The notes beneath the pieces were generated by a model. It saw only the letters and a list, made by a program, of their open reading frames with translations. It searched no databases and had not been told where the DNA came from. From Lingula anatina (lineage: Eukaryota; Animalia; Brachiopoda): a DNA stretch of 64,000 bases. The translations under genes and the position numbers were made by a program. Location: contig CM120648.1 in the NCBI GenBank assembly GCA_051362555.1, forward strand, positions 13,512,587-13,576,586, given 5' to 3'. Below are positions 13,699-24,600 of the stretch, in pieces; position 1 is the first letter of the stretch, and every line of letters starts with the position of its first letter.

Positions 13699-13833
13699 GG
13701 AAACGAGTGTGAAAGAAGCCCATGGCGAGTGAGACCCACAGCACCTTGTCATAACAGATGTATTTGACCCAAGGTGGAGCAGTGGTCATTGCCCACCGTC
13801 ACCCATCACCATGGCAAAAATGCCTCCTTGCAG
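13176..13833 (+). other. Candidate non-coding exon (658 nt) made largely of the 62-bp minisatellite
   Basis: CTAAT branch-like motif and TGTCTCTTTTTTCAG acceptor ending at 13175, with a CAG|GTAGT donor at 13834. There is no ORF and no transcript evidence. Confidence 0.4.
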
Positions 13834-14360
13834 GTAGTGCACAAAATTATTGCTTGGTTTTATTTTACTAGTTGTGTTACAAGAGATAATTTGTCTTCTA
13901 TTCTTCCAGTGTAGATCAACAAACCAGTCATCATATTTTGTGCTTCCTTTATATATTTAAATAATTTTTTTCACTTTTCTCATGTTACTCCTCACAAAAT
14001 GTACTTCTACAAGGCACATTCAACTGACACACTTATCCCAGATTATTACAGCCATTGTTTATTGGCAATTTGTGTGCAAATTTCTCAAAAATCCATGAAG
14101 ATTTGGCAGAGTTCTGTTTATTTAACTTTGATCAGTTTAAGATTGTGACAGTTGTACCAGTCACAATTGTGCCCAGCAGCCTCCAAAAGACATTTAAACT
14201 TGTCTCTGTTCAGTCACCATAACTGTGATGTCTGTCATATTTGGTGGACATTAGGCTCGGTTAAATATTCTGCTGGCTCTTGTGGACTGTCAGGGTTCTG
14301 TCTTTTTATTAAGATAATTTATGTCACTTCATTCATATAATCTTTTGTCTCTTTTTCCAG

Positions 14361-14583
14361 CTCTAGACTCCATACAGCATGGTGTCCTCTAGGTGAACAG
14401 ACTTAACCTGGCTGGACATGGGGGACATATATTGGTAAAGTGAAATAAACAGGAAAAGGCAGCTGTAGGAATATCCCTGCATCTCAACGAGCTGTGCAAG
14501 ACACAGAAAGTTGCAAGATGAATGGGTCATGAACAGCCAGAGACAGGACAGCCATGGTAAACAGGTAACTGGACATCTTGCAG
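14361..14583 (+). other. Candidate non-coding exon (223 nt), with boundaries paralogous to 13176-13833
   Basis: TCTTTTGTCTCTTTTTCCAG acceptor ending at 14360 and CAG|GTAGT donor at 14584. Confidence 0.4.
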
Positions 14584-15403
14584 GTAGTACACAAAATGAA
14601 CTGTTGTTTTTTTTTTTCAGGTAACAGCAGGTATAATTGGCCACTTTCTTTCTGTGTAGAAACACAATTGCCAATTGTCACATTTTTTGGATTTAAATAT
14701 TTTTTATTTACAGACACTGTAAGTGTCTGTTTAAATTTTGATTGGTCTCTCTGTCTGTTTGTGTCGTCACTGTTGCTATCCGTGTCAGTCACAAGATATT
14801 TGCCCAATAACTTCCAAACTGTAATTTTGTTTTACTTTAAATTTACAGAGTGCTGACAGCTTTGCTTAAACTTATAAGTGAAATGTTTCTCACCATGACA
14901 GAGGAAAAATAGTGGAAAGGGAATTTTGGCTTGTATGTTTGGTTGCACTTCCCTTATATCTTGGGCACTATTAAGTCTCCCCTTAATGTTCTGTAGGATT
15001 TGAAGAGTAAGAGTTGGTACAGTTTATTGTTATGATCGCTCTTGAAATAACACTTAAAGCTGTAGGCAGATTAATATACATACCCTGTACACAGTAAACC
15101 ACGATTTGCTTAAATTGTTGTTAACTCCTGAACTGACACCTACACACAGATCCATACTCAATGACTAAATGAAAGCAATCGCTAAGATTTTCTCATATTT
15201 TTACTGTTATGAAGCATCATTTGTGCAGATTTTATAAAAATTGGAATGTTTTCAATGTAATTTTCGGTTTTCTCAAATATATTGTGCAAAAAATCACTTT
15301 CATTACACGCAGTCAATTGATAATCTTATCTCAGATTTTTACATTAGGCATCATTCACACAAATTTCACAAACATTGGACCAGATTTGTGAAAATTATTA
15401 ACA

Positions 15404-15447
15404 TTTAACTATTTTATTCCATGGAATTTGCCCTTTTTCCAGGTAAA
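15404..15447 (+). promoter_or_regulatory. Fused splice acceptor/donor motif (first of 57 copies)
   Basis: TTTAAC branch-like motif about 35 nt upstream, an AG-free interval, then CCCTTTTTCCAG|GTAAA (GTAAG in about 22 monomers). Confidence 0.5.
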
Positions 15448-15860
15448 CCTTCCATTGCAGCCTTGTGGCTTCTAAGTTGACAGACTCTTCCTGTCTCTTC
15501 ATGGCTAATGTCTATAGAAAAAAACAGGCATTGAAAGACAACATCAGGAGCAGTGCTCTGTCTCATCCATGTGTGCAATACATGATATGTGGCAAAATTA
15601 AGGACATGGTCAAATGGTGTGCTAACGGTCCGATTCCAGAAACCCACTGTAAGGATGAGTCTGCATCTGGTATTGGTAGTAAGGAGAAGTCTTGATTGGG
15701 TATATGTTGTTTTTCAGAGAACAATAATAGGTTATTTACCACTTCCTACACAAACCAACACAAGTCATCACATTTGTTGTTTTATTAGAGATAAAATGAT
15801 TTATTGAAATATTGAAATATTTGTTTTTCGTAAGTTTCCACTCTTCTGATATGAATTGGC

Positions 15861-15922
15861 AATAAAATACACTTAAATTAAACACAGGGATGTGATAAGC
15901 TTTTCTCAGATTTTTATTGTTG
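15861..15922 (+). terminator. Candidate polyadenylation signal at the end of the monomer core (first copy)
   Basis: AATAAA at 15861, ATTAAA at 15877, CA dinucleotides at 15883-15886 and downstream TTTTTATTGTTGT. The AT-rich background weakens this evidence. Confidence 0.4.
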
Positions 15923-18900
15923 TAAAGCATCATTTGTACAAATTTCACAAAGATTGGACCACAGTTGTCACAATTATTAATGTTTAACTATTTTGATCCA
16001 TGGAATTTGCCATTGTTTTCAAGGTAATTTTTAGTTTTCTCGAATATATTATCCGAAAAATAGTTTTGATTACACACAGTCAACTGATAATCGTATCTCA
16101 AATTTTTACATTTATTAGGCATCATTTACACAAATTTCACAAAGATTGGATCAGATTTGTGAAAATTATTAACATTTAACTATTTTATTCCATGGAATTT
16201 TTCCTTTTTCCAGGTAAACCTTCCATTGCAGCCTTGTGGCTTCTTGGTTGACAGACTCTTCCTGTCTCTTTATGGCTAATGCCTATAGAAAAAAATAGGC
16301 ATTGAAAGACAACATCAGGAGCAGTGCTCTGCCTCATCCATGTGTGCAATACATGATATGTGGCAAGATGAAGGACATGGTCAAATGGTGTGCTAACAGT
16401 CCGAATCCAGAAACCCTCTGTAAGGAGGAATCTGCATCTTCCATCTGCATCTGGTATTGGTAGTAAGGAGAAGTCTTGATTGGGTATATGTTGTTTTTCA
16501 GAAGACAATAAGAGGTAATTTGCCACTTCCTACACAAACAAACACAAGTCAGCACATTTGTTTTATTTGAGATAAAATGATTTATTGGAATATTGAAATA
16601 TTTGTTTTTGTAAGTTCTCACTCTTCCACTATAAAATGGCCTTAAAAATACACTTTAATTAAACACAGGGATGTGATAATCTTTTCTCAGATTTTTATTG
16701 TTGTAAAGCATCATTTGTACAAATTTCACAAAGATTGGACCACGTTTGTCCAAATTATTAACGTTTAACTATTTTGATCCATGGAATTTGCCATTGTTTT
16801 CAATGTAATTTTTAGTTTTCTCGAATATATTGTCCGAAAAATGGTTTTGATTACACACAGTCAACTGATAACCTTATCTGAGATTTTTATTGTTATTAGG
16901 CATCATTTATACCAATTTCACAAAGATTGGACCAGATTTGTGAAAATTATTAACATTTAACTATTTTATTCCATGGAATTTGCCCTTTTTCCAGGTAAAC
17001 CTTCCATTGCAGCCTTGTGGCTTCTTGGTTGACAGACTCTTCCTGTCTCTTTATGGCTAATGTCTATAGAAAAAAACAGGCATTGAAAGACAACATCAGG
17101 AGCAGTGGTCTGTATCATCCATGTGTGCAATACATGATATGTGGCAAGATTAAGGACATGGTCAAATGGTGTGCTAACAGTCCGATTCCAGAAACCCACT
17201 GTAAGGATGAGTCTGCATCTGGTATTGGTAGTAAGGAGAAGTCTTGATTGGGTATATGTTGTTTTTCAGAGAACAATAATAGGTAATTTGCCACTTCCTA
17301 CACAAACAAACACAAGTCATCACATATATTGTTTTATTTGAGATAAAATGATTTATTGGAATATTGAAATATTTGTTTTCATAAGTTCCCACTCTTCTGA
17401 TATGAATTGGCAATAAAATACATTTAAATTAAACACAGGGATGTTATAACCTTTTCTCAGATTTTTATTGTTGTAAAGCATCATTTGTACAAATTTCACA
17501 AAGATTGGACCACATTTGTCAAAATTATTAACGTTTAACTATTTTGATCCATGGAATTTGTCATTGTTTTCAATGTAATTTTTAGTTTTCTCGAATATAT
17601 TGTCCAAAAAATGGTTTTGATTACACACAGTCAATTGATAATCTTATCTCAGATTTTTATTGTTATTAGGCATCATTTTTACCAATTTCACAAACATTGG
17701 ACCAGATTTGTGAAAATTATTAACATTTAACTATTTTATTCCATGGAATTTTTCCTTTTTCCAGGTAAACCTTCCATTGCAGCCTTGTGGCTTCTTGGTT
17801 GACAGACTCTTCCTGTCTCTTTATGGCTAATGTCTATAGAAAAAAAAGGCATTGAAAGACAACATCAGGAGCAGTGCTCTTTCTCATCCATGTGTGCAAT
17901 TCATGATATGTGGCAAGATTAAGGACATGGTCCAATGGTGTGCTAACAGTCCGATTCCAGAAACCCACTGTAAGGATGAGTTTGCATCTGGTATTGGTAG
18001 TAAGGAGAAGTCTTGATTGGGTATATGTTGTTTTTCAGAGAACAATAATAGGTAATTTGCCACTTCTTACATAAACAAACACAAGTCATCACATATGTTG
18101 TTTTATTTGAGATAAAATGATTTATTGGAATATTGAAATATTTGTTTTTGTAAGTTCTCACTCTTCCACTATAAAATGGCCTTAAAAATACACTTTAATT
18201 AAACACAGGGATGTGATAATCTTTTCTCAGATTTTTATTGTTGTAAAGCATCATTTGTACAAATTTCACAAAGATTGGACCACGTTTGTCCAAATTATTA
18301 ACGTTTAACTATTTTGATCCATGGAATTTGCCATTGTTTTCAATGTAATTTTTAGTTTTCTCGAATATATTGTCCGAAAAATGGTTTTGATTACACACAG
18401 TCAACTGATAACCTTATCTGAGATTTTTATTGTTATTAGGCATCATTTATACCAATTTCACAAAGATTGGACCAGATTTGTGAAAATTATTAACATTTAA
18501 CTATTTTATTCCATGGAATTTGCCCTTTTTCCAGGTAAACCTTCCATTGCAGCCTTGTGGCTTCTTGGTTGACAGACTCTTCCTGTCTCTTTATGGCTAA
18601 TGTCTATAGAAAAAAACAGGCATTGAAAGACAACATCAGGAGCAGTGGTCTGTATCATCCATGTGTGCAATACATGATATGTGGCAAGATTAAGGACATG
18701 GTCAAATGGTGTGCTAACAGTCCGATTCCAGAAACCCACTGTAAGGATGAGTCTGCATCTGGTATTGGTAGTAAGGAGAAGTCTTGATTGGGTATATGTT
18801 GTTTTTCAGAGAACAATAATAGGTAATTTGCCACTTCCTACACAAACAAACACAAGTCATCACATATATTGTTTTATTTGAGATAAAATGATTTATTGGA

Positions 18901-21622
18901 ATATTGAAATATTTGTTTTCATAAGTTCCCACTCTTCTGATATGAATTGGCAATAAAATACATTTAAATTAAACACAGGGATGTTATAACCTTTTCTCAG
19001 ATTTTTATTGTTGTAAAGCATCATTTGTACAAATTTCACAAAGATTGGACCACATTTGTCAAAATTATTAACGTTTAACTATTTTGATCCATGGAATTTG
19101 TCATTGTTTTCAATGTAATTTTTAGTTTTCTCGAATATATTGTCCAAAAAATGGTTTTGATTACACACAGTCAACTGATAATCTTATCTCAGATTTTTAT
19201 TGTTATTAGGCATCATTTATTCTAATTTCACAAACATTGGACCAGTTTTGTGAAAATTATTAACATTTAACTATTTTATTCCATGGAATTTTTCCTTTTT
19301 CCAGGTAAACCTTCCATTGCAGCCTTGTGGCTTCTTGGTTGACAGACTCTTCCTGTCTCGTTATGGCTAATGCCTATAGAAAAAAACAGGCATTGAAAGA
19401 CAACATCAGGAGCAGCTGTGCTCTGTCTCATCCATGTGTGCAATACATGATATGTGGCAAGATTAAATACATGGTCAAATGGTGTGCTAACAGTCCGATT
19501 CCAGAAACCCACTGTAAGGATGAGTCTGCATCTGGTATTGGTAGTAAGGAGAAGTCTTGATTGGGTATATGTTGTTTTTCAGAGAACAATAATAGGTAAT
19601 TTGCCACTTCCTACACAAACAAACACAAGTCATCACATATATTGTTTTATTTGAGATAAAATGATTTATTGGAATATTGAAATATTTGTTTTCATAAGTT
19701 CCCACTCTTCTGATATGAATTGGCAATAAAATACATTTAAATTAAACACAGGGATGTTATAACCTTTTCTCAGATTTTTATTGTTGTAAAGCATCATTTG
19801 TACAAATTTCACAAAGATTGGACCACATTTGTCAAAATTATTAACGTTTAACTATTTTGATCCATGGAATTTGTCATTGTTTTCAATGTAATTTTTAGTT
19901 TTCTCGAATATATTGTCCAAAAAATGGTTTTGATTACACACAGTCAACTGATAATCTTATCTCAGATTTTTATTGTTATTAGGCATCATTTATTCTAATT
20001 TCACAAACATTGGACCAGTTTTGTGAAAATTATTAACATTTAACTATTTTATTCCATGGAATTTTTCCTTTTTCCAGGTAAACCTTCCATTGCAGCCTTG
20101 TGGCTTCTTGGTTGACAGACTCTTCCTGTCTCGTTATGGCTAATGCCTATAGAAAAAAACAGGCATTGAAAGACAACATCAGGAGCAGCTGTGCTCTGTC
20201 TCATCCATGTGTGCAATACATGATATGTGGCAAGATTAAATACATGGTCAAATGGTGTGCTAACAGTCCGATTCCAGAAACCCACTGTAAGGATGAGTCT
20301 GCATCTGGTATTGGTAGTAAGAAGAAGTCTTGATTGGGTATATGTTGTTTTTCAGAAGACAATAACAGGTAATTTGCCACTTTCTACACAAACAAACACA
20401 AGTCATCACATAAGTTGTTTTATTTGAGATAAAATGATTTATTGAAATATTGAAATATTTGTTTTTCGTAAGTTCTCACTCTTCTGATATAAATTATCAA
20501 TAAAATACACTTAAATTAAACACAGGGATGTAATAACCTTTTCTCAGATTTTTATTGTTGTAAAGCATCATTTGTCCAAATTTCACAAAGATTGGACCAC
20601 ATTTGTCCAAATTATTAACGTTTAACTATTTTGATCCATGTAATTTGCCATTGTTTTCAATGTAATTTTTAGTTTTCTTGAATATAATGTCCGAAAAATA
20701 GTTTTGATTACACACAGTCAACTGATAATCTTATCTCAGATTTTTATTGTTATTAGGCATCATTTATACCAATTTCACAAACATTGGACCAGATTTGTGA
20801 AAATTATTAATGTTTAACTATTTTGATCCATGGATTTTGCCCTTTTTCCAGGTAAACCTTCCATTGCAGCCTTGTGGCTTCTTGGTTGACAGACTCTTCC
20901 TGTCTCTTTATGGCTAATGCCTATAGAAAAAAACAGGCATTGAAAGACATCATCAGGAGTAGTGCTCTGTCTCATCCATGTTTGCAATACATGATATGTG
21001 GCAAGATTAAGGACATGGTCAAATGGTGTGCTAACAGTCCGATTCCAGAAACCCACAGTAAGGATGTGTCTGCATCTGGTATTGGTAGTAAGGAGAAGTC
21101 TTGATTGGGTATATGTTGTATTTCAGAGAACAATAATAGGTTATTTACCACTTCCTACACAAACCAACACAAGTCATCACATTTGTTGTTTTATTAGAGA
21201 TAAAATGATTTATTGAAATATTGAAATATTTGTTTTTTGTAAGTTTCCACTTTTCTGATATGAATTGGCAGTAAAAAACACTTAAATTAAACACAGGGAT
21301 GTGATAAGCTTTTCTCAGATTTTTATTGTTGTAAAGCATCATTTGTACAAATTTCACAAAGATTGGACCACAGTTGTCACAATAATTAATGTTTAACTAT
21401 TTTGATCCATGGAATTTGTCATTGTTTTCAATGTAATTTTTAGTTTTTTCAAATATATTGTCCGAAAAATAGTTTTGATTACACACAGTCAACTGATAAT
21501 CTTATCTCAGATTTTTACATTTATTAGGCATCATTTACACAAATTTCACAAAGATTGGACCAGATTTGTGAAAATTATTAACATTTAACTATTTTATTCC
21601 ATGGAATTTGCCCTTTTTCCAG

Positions 21623-24600
21623 GTAAACCTTCCATTGCAGCCTTGTGGCTTCTTGGTTGACAGACTCTTCCTGTCTCTTCATGGCTAATGTCTATAGAAA
21701 AAAACAGGCATTGAAAGACAACATGAAGAGCAGTGCTCTGTCTCATCCATGTGTGCAATACATGATATGTGGCAAGATTAAGGACATGATCAAATGGTGT
21801 GCTAACAGTCCGATTCCAGAAACCCACTGTAAGGATGAGTCTGCATCTGGTATTGGTAGTAAGGAGAAGTCTTGATTGGGTATATGTTGTTTTTCAGAGA
21901 ACAATAATAGGTTATTTACAACTTCCTACACAAACCAACACAAGTCATCACATTTGTTGTTTTATTAGAGATAAAATGATTTATTGAAATATTGAAATAT
22001 TTGTTTTTGTAAGTTTTCACTCTTCCACTATAAATGGCCATAAAATACACTTAAATTAGACACCCGTGACGTGATAAGTTTTTGTCAGATTTTCATTGTT
22101 GTAAAGCATCATTTGTACAAATTTCACAAAGATTGGACCACATTTGTCAAAATTATTAACGTTTAACAATTTTGATCCATGGAATTGGCCATTGTTTTCA
22201 ACGTAATTTTAAGTTTTCTTGAATATATTATGCGAAAAAATCCATTTCATTAGACACAGGCAATTGATAATCTTATCTCAGATTATTACAGTTGTTAAGC
22301 ATCATTTGTACAAATATCACAAACATAAGACCACATTTGTCAAAACTATTAACATTAAACTATTTTTATCCATGGGATTTGCCATTGTTTTCAAGGTAAT
22401 TTTTAGTTTTCTGAAATATATTGTCCGAAAAATAGTTTTGATTACACACAGTTAACTGATAATGTTATCTCAGATTTTTATTGTTATTAGGCATCATTTA
22501 TACAAATTTCACAAACATTGGACAAGATTTGTGAAAATTATTAACATTTAACTATTTTATTCCATGGAATTTTCCCTTTTTCCAGGTAAGCCTTCCCTTG
22601 CAGCCTTGTGGCTTCTTGGTTGACAGACTCTACCTGTCTCTTCATTGCTAATGTCTATAGAAATAACAGGCATTGAAAGACAACATGGAGAGCAGTGTTA
22701 TATCTCATCCATGTGTGCAATACATGATATGTGGCAAGATTAAGGACATGGTCAAATGGTGTGCTAACAGTCCTATTCCAGAAACCCACTGTAAGGATGA
22801 GTCTGCATCTGGTATTGGTAGTAAGGAGAAGTCTTGCTTGGTTATATGTTGTTTTTTAGAGAACAATAATAGGTAATTTGCCATTTCCTACACAAACAAA
22901 CACAAGTCATCACATTTGTTGTTTTATTTGAGATAAAATGATTTATTGGAATATTGAAATATTTGTTTTTGTAAGTTCTCACTCCTCTGATATGAGTTGG
23001 CCATAAAATACACTTAAATTAAACACAGGGATGTGATAATCTTTTCTCAGATTTTTATTGTTGTAAACCATCATTTGTACAAATTTCACAAAGATTGGAC
23101 CACATTTGTCAAAATTATTAACGTTTAACTATTTTGATCCATGTAATTTGCCATTGTTTTCAATGTAATTTTTAGTTTTCTCGAATATATTCTCCGAAAA
23201 ACAGTTTTGATTACACACAGTCAACTGATAATCTTATCTCAGATTTTTATTGTTATTAGGCATCATTTATACAAATTTCACAAAGATTAGACCAGATTTG
23301 TGAAAATTATTAACGTTTAACTATTTTGATCCATGTAATTTGCCATTGTTTTCAATGTAATTTTTAGTTTTCTCGAATATATTGTCCGAAAAATAGTTTT
23401 GATTACACACAGTCAACTGATAATCTTATCTCAGATTTTTATTGTTATTAGGCATCATTTATACAAATTTCACAAAGATTGGACCAGATTTGTGAAAATT
23501 ATTAACATTTAACTATTTTATTCCATGGAATTTTCCCTTTTTCCAGGTAAACCTTCCATTGCAGCCTTGTGGCTTCTTGGTTGACAGACTCTTCCTGTCT
23601 CTTTATGGCTAATGCCTATAGAAAAAACAGGCATTGAAAGACAACATCAGGAGCAGTGCTCTGTCTCATCCATATGTACAATTCATGATATTTGGGAAGA
23701 TTTAAGACATGGTCAAACGGTGTGCTAAGAGTCCGATTCCAGAAACCCACTGTAAGGAGGAATCTGCATCTTCCATCTGCATCTGGTATTGGTAGTAAGG
23801 AGAAGTCTTGATTGGGTATATGTTGTTTTTCAGAAGACAATAATAGGTAATTTGCCACTTCCTACACAAACAAACACAAGTCATCACATTTGTTGTTTTA
23901 TTTGAGATAAAATGATTTATTGGAATATTGAAATATTTGTTTTTGTCAGTTCTCACTCTTCCACTATAAATGGCCATAAAATACATTTAAATTAGACACC
24001 CATGACGTGATAAGTTTTTGTCAGATTTTAATTGTTGTAAAGCATCATTTGTACAAATTTCACAAAGATTGGACAACATTTATCAAAATTATTAACGTTT
24101 AACTATTTTGATCCATGGAATTTGCCATTGTTTTCAACGTAATTTTTGTTTTTCTTCAATATATTATGCGAAAAAATCCATTTCATGAGACACAGGCAAT
24201 TGATAATCTTATCTCAGATTATTACAGTTTTTAAGCATCATTTGTACAAATATCACAAACATTAGACCACATTTGTCAAAACTATTAACATTTAACTATT
24301 TTTATCCATGGGATTTGCCATTGTTTTCAAGGTAATTTTTAGTTTTCTGAAATATATTGTCCGAAAAATAGTTTTGATTACACACAGTTCAATGATAATG
24401 TTATCTCAGATTTTTATTGTTATTAGGTATCATTTATACAAATTTCACAAACATTGGACCAGATTTGTGAAAATTATCAACATTTAACTATTTCATTCCA
24501 TGGAATTTTCCCTTTTTCCAGGTAAACCTTCCATTGCAGCCTTGTGGCTTCTTGGTTGACAGACTCTTCCTGTCTCTTTATTGCTAATGTCTATATAAAA

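Larger units (their letters stand above)
12964..14600 (+). repeat. Diverged local duplication: 12964-13177 matches 14159-14362, and ~13826-13847 matches ~14576-14597
   Basis: Both copies share AGTCACAATTGT.CCCAGC.GCCTCCAAAA...TTTAAACTTGTCTC.GTTCAGTCAC...TCTTTTTATTAAGATAATT..TGTCACT...TGTCTCTTTTT.CAGCT and CTTGCAGGTAGTRCACAAAAT. Confidence 0.85.

Noticed and set aside
13240-13700. Hammerhead ribozyme from CTGAGGA-GAAA in the 62-bp unit, or in the macrosatellite
   Set aside because: There is no room for stem II and no cleavage-site helix. CUGANGA is not conserved on either strand of the large monomer.
15404-15560. Spliced-leader RNA gene array
   Set aside because: AG|GTAA fits a leader donor, but I saw no Sm site (RAU4-6GR) at a suitable distance and no recognisable leader. 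The upstream sequence looks like an acceptor instead.
15485-15610. H/ACA snoRNA or pre-miRNA in the core (hairpin, AGACAA, hairpin, ACA)
   Set aside because: The hairpins are short, there is no convincing lower stem or pocket, and monomer variants disrupt them. An Infernal or snoReport scan would be needed to revive the idea.
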